From positions 61,442,001 to 61,506,000 of the forward strand of contig OX597814.1 in assembly GCA_951406725.2 (NCBI GenBank): a stretch of 64,000 nucleotides of DNA, written 5' to 3'. This DNA is from Octopus vulgaris (taxonomy: Eukaryota). A program made the translations under genes and the position numbers. Of the stretch, positions 50,526-62,754 are shown piece by piece (within the stretch, counting starts at the first letter, position 1; each line of letters starts with the position of its first letter). The notes beneath the pieces are model-generated. The model searched no databases. It saw only the letters and a program-made list of their open reading frames with translations, and was not told the origin of the DNA.

Positions 50526-51199
50526 TAAATGTTTCGGTTTAATAAAAATGTATGAGAATCACAGGAATATTAGAGTGGTAATTACGAATGTAACATGTAA
50601 CTCACCCAATGTTATTTATCAATAACTATGTAACAACCCTAATACAACACTTTAAATGTAACTAATAGGCAATTGAAATTTCTTGATGTTTTAGTGTGGG
50701 GTTTTAATCATTAATTGTTTGTTGGTAGTTTACAATGTACGATGACAATGACCACACTAAGTGGCGTTTTCATGTATTTTCATTCTTCCATATTGTTTAT
50801 AGTTACACCTGTACATGGATTTGGTAGAGGGAAACTGAAAGAAGCCTGCCACACTATATATATGTGTGTGTTTGCATGGCGACCAGTGTTGGTTTGTTTA
50901 TGTCCCTGTAACTTAGCAGTTTGGAAAAGGGACCAATAGAATAAGTACCAGGCTTAAAAATAAAAAGTATTGGTGTTGTTTCATTTGATTAAAAATTCTT
51001 CAATGTGGAGCACCAGTATGGCCACAGTCTAATGACTGAAATAAGTAATAGGTAAAAAAATAAATAAAAAAGATAATAGTAATACAGCATGTTAGATAAT
51101 ACTATGAAAGTACTTCATAATCATTGAAGACAAAATAAGTAGAAAGAAAACTACTTCATGTAAGTGATGTGTGCACTTACAGCTTAAGGTTGATACCTT

Positions 51200-52115
51200 A
51201 AGGCCCTTTGTCACCAGCAGAGGTAGGAGCTCTCTGAACTTTGCCCAGGTTATTCTTATTCTAGCAGCTACACTCCCAGAGCATCCAGCCCTGCTATTGA
51301 CTTGGTCACCTAGGTAACGGAAGCTATCAACTACTAGTTTTTCCTCCTGGCATGTGATGGAAGCTGTGTTCTGCACTTTCAGTGTTTATTGCCCCTGAGC
51401 ATTTTCGACATACAAAAACTATCTTCCCAGTTAGCTTACACTGGGTACATCTTATGGAGTTTCTACCTATGCCTTTTCCACAGATCGAGTAGGGTCATCC
51501 ACCTGAAGGGATTTGTGATTTGTCTGCCTTCCTACTTATTAAGACTTTGGTTTTTGCTAGATTGACTCTAAGGCCCTTCAATTCTAGACATTGCTTCCAC
51601 ACCTGAAACTTCTGAGGTTCTGATAGTGACTCAGCTATTAGAGCAAGGTCATCAGCATAGCGAAGCTCCCAGGGGTATCCTGTCTTGAATTCCTCTGTTA
51701 TTGCTTGGAGGACTGATCCTTGGTGGATCCCTACCCCTACCTGGAATTCTTCACTATACTTGTTGCCAACCCTCACCTTACTGACAGCATCTCTGTACAA
51801 GGCTGGTACAGCTCTCACAAACCACTCGTCTATCTCTAGTTTCTACATTGACCATCAGATAAAGGATTGGGGGACCCTGTCAACAGAAGCCAGGTACAGA
51901 TGTTTATCTTTGGCTAGGTATTTGTCCTACAGCTGTCTTACCAGAAATATAGCATCAGTGGTGCTTTTCCCTAGCGCAAACCCAAACTGCATCTCGTCTA
52001 AATTGACTCTCTCCCTAATTAGTTGGGCTATGACCCTCTCCATGACTTTCATTACCTGATCCAACAACTTGATATCTCTATAATTATTCGTATCTAATGC
52101 ATCACCTTTACCTTG
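51200..52115 (-). mobile_element. RTE-clade LINE reverse transcriptase remnant
   Basis: VGIHQGSVL...EEFKTGYPWELRYADDLALIAES...GLRVNLAKTKV; VVDSFRYLGD. Confidence 0.9.
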
Positions 52116-52861
52116 TATTAAAAATCGACGATACCTTTGGGAAAATAGGCAACTCCCGCCCCAACAAATTAGATGTTTAGAAAATCTAGCTTTTCAATGC
52201 CGTAAATCTTTTCGTTAATCTTCATTTAGGGACATTATCTAAGATTATCTTTAACGTAACGTGCAAACTCGTTGATGACATGGATTGTCGCTTAAGCCAA
52301 TGAAATTTCATCTGCACTGACTACGCAGTTTATATTATCGATATCGCATGGAACATTCCTAGCACGTGGAATGTGATATCATTTGGATAACTCTACTACG
52401 AATAGAATGTATAAACATCAGGCATCTCTGAAGGTTTGAAAAAGCTGAGTGATATTTATTTAGTCAAGTTGTGCGCTTCGCCAGGTCTTGCGGCTCGCGG
52501 AAGTAGGTGTTTAATAAGGAGATAACAAAAACAAATACTTCGTGAAGTTTTCAATAGAAATTCCACTGAATAAATATGAAATCTTAACAAAAAGAACAAC
52601 AACAATATGATGAGTAAATATGTGACAAGGGAGAAGAAGGAAAGAGATAAGGAGAAAAACAGTGGGAGGGAGATACGAAGGAAAGAGAGAGTTGGAATAT
52701 ATGAAAAAAGATAGAAAAATGAATAAAGGGGAGGATAAATGAGAGAGAGGACAGAGAATAAGTGGTAGCCATTTGTTGAAATAGGAACTACTTTAGTACT
52801 ATATATGTGTGTGAATATGTATTGAATAAAAAGATAGAATTTGTAATTGAGTTTTAAAATA

Positions 52862-52904
52862 TAACTATGTATCTGTGTGTATAAAATATATATATGTGTG
52901 TATA

Positions 52905-52953
<49 letters not shown>

Positions 52954-52990
52954 ACATACATATATATATATGTATGTGTGTGTATAAATC
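52862..52990. repeat. (TA)n/(TG)n microsatellite
   Basis: Directly visible; similar tracts at 19010-19037, 58905-59010 and 60130-60175. Confidence 0.9.
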
Positions 52991-53940
52991 TGAGTGTGTT
53001 TACTTTCAGTTGCATTAATTAAAGAGACTAGACCCTGAATTGTCAATAATTATAGTCAGAAGTGAAAGTTTTATGATATACGGGCGTTAACGGAAAATAG
53101 TTCGTTAAGTTAAATACAAGGAAGATCCATCAGTTTTGTGGGGAGGAAATTTAGAGTATTTACAAAACCAGCATCGCGAATTTAAAACATTTTGAACCAG
53201 GAAGTAAAATGTAAGCTTAGCAAGGAAAGTGGGGTCGACACAGCTTCCACTCACTATTGAAACTTCTTTGCTGTCACTAATGCCCTTGAGAGAGAGAGAA
53301 AAAAAAAAAAAACGAATGTCATGACAACCTTAAACCCCTTCTATTCTGTATAAACCTCATTTTGTGAACGTAAGAGCAAAGAATTGATTTACTATAGAAA
53401 ATAATTACTGTGAGTGAAAAAAAGAAAGCGACTTCTGCTATTGAATTTGCAATGAAATATTAACGAGATGGAGATCATTAAATTTTTAGTAGTGTTTAGC
53501 CGTAGGTAAACTTTGAGTGAAGGCATTCCATCCCCTCCTTTTTACAGGTATATAGGACTACATTAATTAATGTGTCGTCCTGTCCTTGTATAAGATAGTA
53601 AGGCATGATTAGGAGATTTGGCTATTATTTCTTGCAAGTTGAATGACACCGACTCCCTCGTTGGGTCGCATAATCACGACAGGGTGTCAGTTTCTCTGAC
53701 TTGTTCACACCCAACTTAATAACATACATACACATGCGCGCATATATATTGTCAGAACGATGAAACTATTTATACAGATAATTCTGTAATATTACTTATA
53801 AGAAAAAAAATAATGATGCCAGAGTGAAAAAAAAAAAAGGGTTCATAAGTGAAACAATTTCTAAATACCTGAGAAGGGAGGGAGGAGGGAAGATAGAGAG
53901 ATTAGATGAAGCTTCAAGATAAATAGTTCTTTAGCTTGAC

Positions 53941-53948
53941 TGACGTCA
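53941..53948. promoter_or_regulatory. Perfect CRE palindrome TGACGTCA ~300 bp upstream of a candidate first exon
   Basis: Exact match inside a CpG-retaining zone; function inferred only. Confidence 0.4.
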
Positions 53949-54245
53949 TCGTTTATTGAGTTTGATGTAGCAGTGTCGTCATGAGTAAGAAATACGTAGG
54001 AGTGTTTTACAGCTCTCCGCGTAGTAATAACTATTAGAGGAGGTGAAACACTTCAACAACCACAGCACAAATTTGGTGTACATACGCGTTGCTGTGTTTT
54101 TTTTTATATCTCTTCCTTCTCCACAGCGATACGAGAGAAAAAGGGAGAAGCATCATAGTTGGAGAGTGGAGTGAAAGCAAAAAGATAGATAGAGGGGGAG
54201 AGAGAGAGTAAGAGGAAGAAAAGAGGGGGAGGAGGATTGAGTTGT

Positions 54246-54351
54246 ATGGCGGCGTTGTGCTGTGACGCTGTAGTTGACGTGGCCACTACGTATTCTGCTA
54301 ATTTATCCACTCCGATTGCGGCAAAGTTGGTGACGAAAAGTACGTTAACTG
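54246..54351 (+). CDS. Candidate first coding exon of an unidentified gene (MAALCCDAVVDVATTYSANLSTPIAAKLVTKSTLT, phase 1)
   Basis: ATGGCGGCG start after a GA-rich leader, 35 open codons, consensus donor G|gtaagt, CpG-rich; could instead be 5'UTR. Confidence 0.5.
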
Positions 54352-57300
54352 GTAAGTAAGTACTCAGATTGAACTAAAACCCAATGCACCGCCACCACCA
54401 CGATCACACAGAATAAACAGACCGTCAGAATAATATTATGAGATTACACGCGGTCGATTTCCTTCTTCCATAATATATACATCCATCGTATAACCTAAAA
54501 AAAAAATCTTAAATATTTTAACCTAAATCTAAAAGTCAGGATTTTCATACGACTACCAAAACCCACCGAAAAGAAAACCAAAATATTAGATTATTATCTG
54601 TATATCTAAAAGAAATTGTATAAAATATGAAATCTTCGAAAAACCTGTTTTCTTTGCTCGTCTTGTGTTGGCTTAGCAATGTTGAAGCAGCGGAAGGGTG
54701 TTCGACATGGAGACCAGTTGGCTGTCGGGCTTTTAATGGAAACTGATGACAGGCCAGCTATTTGCCTCTGACGAAGTCGACAGAAACTGTCGACGTCTTC
54801 GACCGTTTTTGTTGATAGTATTGCTGTTATCATCACCACCACTATCATCATTATTATTCTTTATTCTTATAGTGCTGCTGCTGTTATAATTATTATTGTT
54901 GTTCTTGTTATTACTATACATTATCGTTATTATTGTCGTCGGTGTTAGTTTTGTTATGAATTATTAGAAGCCATTATTATTAATACTATATCACTGTTGT
55001 TAGCATTACAACCCACGGCACAGGTTGTCTTCTTGTTGGCGATTTCTTTACATTATATTATATTATTATTTATTTTACGTCTCTGCTTCCTTACATTTGT
55101 TTGTATTGGTTGCTAATGTGGAGTCAATGCAATCAAATATCAGCTCCTGGCTGAACAAAATAACAACCCAGCATCTATGAAAATATCCTTACCAACTTAT
55201 TAACATTTCAGAATAGTTGTTTCCTTTTCTTTTTTTGCGCATATTCTTTTAATTCAGTGTCTTTTTTTCCCTCACAAACTGATTGTATCCAATACTATGT
55301 CTAATATATGTATGTATTTATATGTGTATGCACTCTGCATACATGGTGTGTATATTTTATCGGTGTGTTTTTACTTTCCCTTACTGATGGTATGTTAAAC
55401 TAATACATTTCCAGTCATCACATCTGTTAATCTCCAACCAGTTGCTGTCGTAATTCTTTCTATTCTTCAGAATATCATTATGTTGTTGATAGTATATATA
55501 TATAATGCAACAACAAAAACAGGCGAAAAGGAATTGTAAATTACCACTAAACTTTTCTTCCATTAAACCTAAAAACCCTTATGTGTGTGATGACCCTCTC
55601 TGCTTGTTTAGTGGCCTCAATACTTTCATCATGGCTTTTCTAAATTAATTTTTCTCAAACCTAGATTAGTTCTGAACTGATGGATCTTAGGTTATTTGAG
55701 ATTACTAGGAGATTCTGCAATGGGGGCTCTCTCTTTTACCTATTCTCATACCTTCTTTCATCTCTCTATCTACCTATTATCTCTCTGGATCTCTGCTTCA
55801 ATGGTTATACATCGCCGTGGTTCGATCAGGTGAATTATTGAATTCGTAAAAGCGACCTAGGATTGCTTAGACACTAGTATCCTTAATTCTCAGGTAGAAT
55901 TAGCCTGACGCAGCTGGCCCTTTCAGTTAGTGGTACAGTCCATTCGACTTCTGCGGTTGGTGTACCTAGTTTTCATTCACAAGTCTTAGGTGAACTTTAG
56001 ATCATGGTAAGAGACACATGCTGACTATGTCACGTAATGAGATCGACTGTGAGACCCACTGCGAAGCGAACTTCTCAACCATCTCGGTCATCTCTGTGCC
56101 TATCTTACCAATTGGGAAACCTCTGTGCGACCTGCAAGAAATGGAATCCAGGTCTCCTTCCACTCGGACTCTGCTGTTTCAAATTAGGAAGGACACGTTG
56201 TATAGTGGAAAAGAAAAAAAAGTGGCTCTTGCTCAATTACCAGCAAGCGCAATCTTATGAATTAACAGCTGAGTGTTTATGTAAATACTATCAATATATA
56301 TGTATTGTGGCATATATTTCAGTAACGTGTTGACGAAGGTAGAAGCTCTGGAATGCCCGAGTAAACACGCCAAACACAAACATCTCTGTCTGTCTACATT
56401 TCTGGAGACCTTCAACAAACTGTTTATCTGAAGAACGCAGTTTCGTGTGGGATCAAATATAATCAGTATTTTGGGGGCATTTAATACCTGTAAAGCTAAA
56501 GTGATGTCTTTTAATGGGGATTATTATTATTAGCCACTGTTTTGTCTCCCTCTTTTTAAAATAAAAAATAAGAAATCCGTCAGATAACACTTTCTGAAAT
56601 TTGAATTTTTTTTTTTCAATTTTCGGATCAGACCTGATCGAACATAGTTAATGGTCAAAGCTCATGACGTTACAACCACGACCATTTCTTTCTTTTTTTT
56701 TTTTTAAATGGTAGGGTATGATTTGAAGGCAGTTTGGCTGTTATTTCTAACAGGTCGAATGACCGTATTGGGTTCTCCTTCGTTGGCTGGTGATGTGTGT
56801 TGATATGAAAAGTAGTCTGTGACTGATATATTTTAATGGCAGTGGAGTACAGCTTACTGTGTAGTGTGTATCTTGTTTGTGTTCACGTGTATAACTTGGA
56901 AAATTTCATGCATAGACTTTGTATATATATATATTTTATTCTTTTAATGGTTTCAGTCATAGGACTGCGGCCTTACATACACGCTCGCACACACATATGT
57001 GGCATACCTACATATATAATGGATATATATATATCGTATATAATGTGCATTAATGTATAACCTATAACAGATATTTTCTCTATCTATCTATCTATCTATA
57101 TAATGTATGCCAATGATATAGCTGATGATTGTGTAGTTAACCGTGGACACCGAAGGTAGTTCTAACTACAAGTTGACAGGGTGACTCAGTCAACGTTAAA
57201 TGTTGTGATCGTAGGAGGGAAGCGAAACCAAGACGTGGGTGTGCGGTGTTGGTAACGTGAGTCATAACGTGTGTGCGTGTAGAGAGAGAGAGAGAGAAAC

Positions 57301-57666
57301 CTAAAGGATTCTGAGTCAGCATTGAAAATATTAAATTGTGAGAGAAAAACGGACAAATTAAGAAATTTCTCAGCTCTACACACCTGAAAAGAATATTGTA
57401 CACAACAGATCGATTTAATTTCTGTTGTCCTCTGAGTGCTTTAATCTGCCGGTTCTACTTGATAAATTTTACTTAAGTCGAGTCGAACACATCATGTGTA
57501 GTTATCTGATGGGTTGTAAATTTATCATCATTTAAAAAGGTTCTCATGTCTCTGTGAAGAAGATGCTCATCCATTTTACGAACTTTACAGCGTATTTTTT
57601 TCACCTCATAGGTCAGCGTGTTTATACATCTATCGGTGCTGATACAAACCGGACACTGAACTAGTA

Positions 57667-57694
57667 ATGGTAAATACACTGGGGCGGGTGGTAG
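57667..57694 (+). CDS. Candidate alternative first coding exon (MVNTLGRVV, phase 1)
   Basis: gtaATGG start and AG|gtatgt donor, downstream of an AP-1-rich CpG region. Confidence 0.35.
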
Positions 57695-57849
57695 GTATGT
57701 AGGGTAGCAATTACTGTGTTGTTACGTTTTCGACAGTTTCTAGCGTGTCATTTCGAGGGCTGAACTTAACGGCTGTGTGAGTTGCTTAAACTTAAGCCGC
57801 TAAATTTGAAATACCAGTCAGACTGCTGTTAACAGGTGGACACAGCAGT

Positions 57850-58890
57850 CTATAAGTAGACACATAAGAGTGGGACAAGCGGCGATAGCTTTTTAAATCT
57901 TCTTGATCATCATTGTTATGATGCAAGATGGGTATTTGACGCTTTCCACTGTGAGGCTATTTTACCCTTTTTTAGATGGCGATTGAACAAGGCTTTTCAA
58001 CAGCTCTTCCCCTTTGCATCTTAACATCTTTAGTGTAAAGCCATCTTTCCCAGGAACTTTGTTTTCATCAGTTTGAAAGCATTTTCAATTTCACTGATCA
58101 TATCAGGTGAAATGTCCAACATTTGTGGTTGTGGGGGACCGAGCTTCACTGATGATTTAAAAAGGTCGGTGTGGCAGGTTTGGCGGAGGTAAAGAATATG
58201 TACACCACCCTTTTTTTGGCGTAATAAAAAACGTCACCCTAACCTCCGGATGTACGTAATCTTTACTTTCATCGCAGGTTTTACACCTCCTCCATCTCCC
58301 TTTGTCTGTCATCATGCGCCCATCCTTGTTCTTAAGCATCATTACCTCCGACCTATAGAGTACCAACCTTCTGCATATTTTAAAACTTTTCCTTTCCTCT
58401 GCAACTTGCATCAATTTCTTCAGTCTGTGAATCACGAAGGCATTTTTTTAGATATTGTCTGATCGCTTTGCAGAGAATGAAATTACTCGAGGTGATCTTC
58501 CGTCAGGCTCCCGCTGGCTTGCAAGTTTTGCTTTCCATATTCAGTTTTTAAATTTCTGGACTAGCAAATTGTAGTTCTCATCGAGCTCCCAAATCTTCTT
58601 CTTGATAGCTTCCTGTAACTGCATCACATCAAAGACCTTGACGCGTTGATTCTTCATTGAGGTGTGCAGAGCCTTTTTCTCTCTGATTTCATTATCATGA
58701 TCTTTGTGTTGAATGGCGCTACTACTGAGACGTCTTGCAGTATGCGCCTTTTGTCGACCAAGATATTGTCAATTTCATTTTTGTGTTGAGCTTTTAGGGT
58801 TATCCATGTCCATTCCCTTCCAGGTTGATTCCTGGAAGCTGTTCCCAATGTAGTCTTTTTGTTTCTATCATGGTAACCAAAAGTTCTCTT
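57850..58890 (-). mobile_element. RTE LINE remnant (endonuclease to early RT)
   Basis: REWTWIT...KNEIDNILVDKRRILQDVSVV (APE C-terminus); VPGKDGFTLKML-like segment near 58040. Confidence 0.7.
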
Positions 58891-59137
58891 TTGTTTCAGC
58901 ATATATGCGTGTGTGTGTGTGTATATATATATATATGTATATAAATATTTGCGTGTGTGTATGTATGTATGTGTATATGTATATATATGTGTATGTGTTT
59001 GTATGTATGTATAATCAGTGGCACATGGTGGTTGTTGTATTGGGTGTGCTGCCACACCCATTGCTCCCAAATTTCAAGCAGGGATATAACAAAAATTTTC
59101 CATTGAGATTTGTGATTAAATTAATGAGCAAGGTTAA

Positions 59138-59282
59138 TATTAGGTTGTCCCAAAAGTTCGTAAACACTTGCGAAAATTGAATTTTTACTCGCCAAGTACT
59201 AACAAAAACAACAAAAATTATTCCTCAAAATAAAGACCATTATTTTCCAAGACTTTCTACGAACTTTTGGGACAACCTTATA
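59138..59282. mobile_element. Mariner-type MITE
   Basis: TA-ttaggttgtcccaaaagttcgta ... tacgaacttttgggacaacctta-TA. Confidence 0.85.
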
Positions 59283-59330
59283 TTTATAATGAATTTACCA
59301 TTTTCAATGCATGTGCAGCACACACCTAAC

Positions 59331-59630
59331 ACATCATCATCATTGTTCAACCGTGGTCGAGACAATGGAATTTACCATGCTACGCCAGACTTCATGGTCC
59401 ATCATGGCATTATGGAGCTCCTGTTGCTGGATGCCTGTATCCCTGGAGATTACATCAGGGTAGGAGAGTGTGCGCCCTCTGGTATTGCAAGTAGATGGCT
59501 TCCAGAGGAGAAGAGTAGAAATTACTTCTTTTTCAGCTCTACAACAATGTCCAGCAAACTGGACTCTCCTACCTTTCGCAAGAGATGACACAGGTGGTAG
59601 TTTCCTAGCACACCCGGAATATATGCCCCT
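59331..59630 (-). mobile_element. LINE (RTE-like) 3' end
   Basis: FAGHCCRAEKEVISTLLLWKP...RGRTLSYPDVISRDTG...AMMDHEVWR...* followed by a (tga)n tail. Confidence 0.8.
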
Positions 59631-59679
59631 GATATATATGTGTATATAAGAATGTGTGTATGTATATATATATATATAT

Positions 59680-60125
59680 ATGATGGCCGTCCACTTGTGA
59701 CTGAGGAAAACCATTGCTGACCTTCAGGAACATTGTGCGCTCTAGGACTAACTTATATTTTGCATTTGCGGCTCCGTTGGTGGCTAATGAGCCCTGCTCT
59801 TGACAAGCATACACGACTGCAAACATTGCAGACCAAGCTTTCCCCATTCACTATACGAGCCGTGCGCTTTCGCGCAGCTTGCTTAAGTTCTTCATGCTGG
59901 ATACGTGCTCTCTCAAAAGTGTCGATCCCCTCCTTAACCTGCTTCCTCCATCTGTGGCGATGACAGGCATTGTTCTCCCAGTCAGTGACCTGCATATCAC
60001 AGGGTTTTTGAGGACTTGACACAGTCCTTAAATCGCAGCCTTGGTTTCTGCTGGAGTCTCCTTCCATTCACAAGTTCTCCATAGAGCATCTGCTTAGGAA
60101 TCCTGCTATCCTTCATTCTAATAAG
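59680..60125 (-). mobile_element. RTE-BovB-like LINE 3' end with C2H2 finger
   Basis: RMKDSRIPKQMLYGEL...WENNACHRHRWR...LVCNVCSRVCLSRAGLISHQRS. Confidence 0.85.
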
Positions 60126-60127
60126 GT

Positions 60128-60170
<43 letters not shown>

Positions 60171-60576
60171 TATATAAGTATAAATTTGTGTGTGTATAGA
60201 ATATATAAGGAGTTTTTGTCAACTGATGTAAAGTAATAGTTGACTATGAGTGCTCAGTTTGGTTTACTACTAAACTGGTTTGAACTGTAATTGAAAGTAT
60301 GATGGCTAGAAGTTGTTTGTCCTTGAGCAGATAGATATAAATTAATATAATAATAAAATAGCAAAATGTTTGGCATCACTTGAAAAAGACATTTGATTTA
60401 GATAGAGAATAGAAACATATAGAGTCTCTTACAGCTATTTCTAGAATAGCCTAGCATGAGTAAAGATTCCATGAACTGAGTTTTCTGTCATCAGAGTGGG
60501 AGAAGTCAGAGAGATGTAAAAATGAAGGGAATATCCTCAGTTGGGGATAAAAAAATGCCTGTAAAAGATAATTATT

Positions 60577-61618
60577 AAGGTGCTGAACTGGCAAAACTGT
60601 TAGTATGCCAGGCAAATTGTTTAGCAATATTTTGTTTGTCTTTATGTTCTGAGTTCAAATCCTGCTGAGGTTGACTTTACCATTTGTCTGTTTGGGGTCA
60701 AAGAAATAAGTACCAGTTGAGCACTGGGGGTCAGTCAAATTGACTAACTCTATGTCTCCAAATTTCAGGCCTTATTCCTATAGTAGAAAGAATTGTTATT
60801 AAAGTGGTGAGCTGGCTGAACTATTAGCACACTGGACAAATAGCTTAGCATCTTAATGTCCCGAGTTCAAATTCCACTGAGGTCAACTTTACCTTTCATA
60901 TTTTTGGGGTCAGTAAAAATAAATACCGTTCAACAATGGGTTGATGTAATTGATTCCTCTCTCCCTTCAAAAGCCGATTGCCTTGTGCCAAGATTTGACA
61001 CCATTATATAAGGTGGCAAACTGGCAGAATCTTTAGCGCACTGGACAAAATGTTTAGTGGTATTTCATCTGTCTTTTATGTTCTGAGGTCATCTTTGCCT
61101 TTCAGTTTTTCAGCATTGATAAAATAAGTACCAGTTGAGTACTGGGTTGATGTTATCAACTTCCCCCTCCCACAAAATTTCAGGTTTTGTGCCTGTAGTT
61201 GAAAGGATTAATGGTAGTAAGCTGGCAGAATCATTAGCTTGCCAAAGTGCTTAGTCACATTGTTTTTGGTATTATGTTCCGAGTTCAAATTTGGCCAAAA
61301 TCGTTGTTGCCTTTCATCCTTTTGGGGTTGATAAATTAGTACCAGTTGAGCACTGGAGCTGATGTAATTAACTAGCCTCGTCTTCACAAATTTCAGACTT
61401 TGTGCCTGTAGTAGAAAGGATTCTTCTATTTACTATTATATTAGCAGCATTTCATCCATCTTTACTTTCTGAGTTCAAATTCTGCCAAGGTTGACTTTGC
61501 TTTTCATACTTTTGGGTTCCATAAAATAAGTACCAGTTGAGTACTGGGGGTCAATGTAATTGATGTAGACCCTCCCACAAAATTGTTGGCCTTGTGCCTA
61601 TAATAGAAAGGATTATTA
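60577..61618 (+). repeat. Head-to-tail stack of five family B SINEs
   Basis: Heads at ~60577, 60801, 61010, 61211 and 61441 (truncated); each carries the aataagtaccagttgag-type core. Confidence 0.9.
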
Positions 61619-62754
61619 TGGTGAGTGAAAATAAGTTACAATCTTGGCGGGGTGAAAAATTCACTGGAGAAAAAATCTTGTTTCATTTAAATGTTATGAA
61701 ATATATAAGTTGTTTATTAGTGTTTCTTTTCAGTTTTCCTAGCATACCTCCCAACAAGGATGGGAGAGGGCTATGTTTTTTACTGTTTAATCAAGGAGGG
61801 AAAGCAGCACTCATGCACCTTTATTATTATTATTATTTTTTTTTGTCAATGCCTCTGAGAATTAAGGGAGAAAAGGAGTAAGTTATTCGCAAAGTTGATA
61901 CCTGGTCTAACTGGTTGCTCCAGAGTAAAAGTGGTGGTGTTTAGCCAAACAATGGAGTGAATCTACTGTTGTGAACCTGTTAGAGAAATTTGGCTTTCCC
62001 AATGATGTCTGACTGTGGAGAATGTTATGTTGTGTCAGAGGACACAAGCTTTATTCCAAACACGAACTCAAAGGCCCCAAGAAACCACAATGCAAAGAGC
62101 CAGAAGGAATATCATAATGCACCTCTTCCAACATTAACATTTATGTATTCCTTTGATGGACATTTTATTTCATTGACTCTGAAAAGACGAAAAGGCAAAA
62201 TTGATCCAGATAAGATTTGAACTCAAAAAGTAGAAAACTGGAACAAATGTCCCACAATATTTTATCACAAGCTCTGACATTTTACTAACTTGATATTGGG
62301 TTTTGTGTATGTTCTTGTGTGTATGAGTAAAACTCCAAAGAGACTGGGGTTGGTCTGCATTGGCAAGACATGAATTATTAATTATATTTGACAAAAATCA
62401 GCATTTTCCTGAAGAAGGACTCAGTTTGAAACATTTTCCACTCTTCACATCAAGTTCACTATTTTTGGCAATTTTACCTACATATATATATATATATTTA
62501 TAAAGACCCCCTTCAGTCAAAAATGACCATGGGATTGCACCTAGAAAGTTCCACTCTAAGGCACAAGTCAGGGCAAGGTTGTTTGTAGAAGACTAGTAGT
62601 TGCTCGTGTATACCAGTCTCCCCTCTCTATGCCACCGATGTTGTCCAAGAGAAAAGCAAAGACTGATACAGCTTGGCATCAGTGACGTAGCAACTCATTT
62701 CCACAGCTGAATGAACAGGAGCAACATGAAATTGTCTTGTAATTGCTTCCATCT

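Noticed and set aside
52456-53046. 196-aa minus-strand ORF
   Set aside because: Built from (TA)n/(TG)n microsatellite and a purine-rich tract; low-complexity artefact
54744-54800. CTGATGA / CTGACGA ... GAAAC as a hammerhead
   Set aside because: No stem II between the boxes and no closing stem I
60577-61618. CRISPR-like or tRNA-gene-like periodic array
   Set aside because: Eukaryotic context; units are ~210-bp diverged SINEs with no unique spacers and no complete cloverleaf
62405-62440. CTGAAGA-aggactcagttt-GAAAC hammerhead-like core
   Set aside because: Weak stem II, no NUH cleavage site with stem III, and no stem I partner
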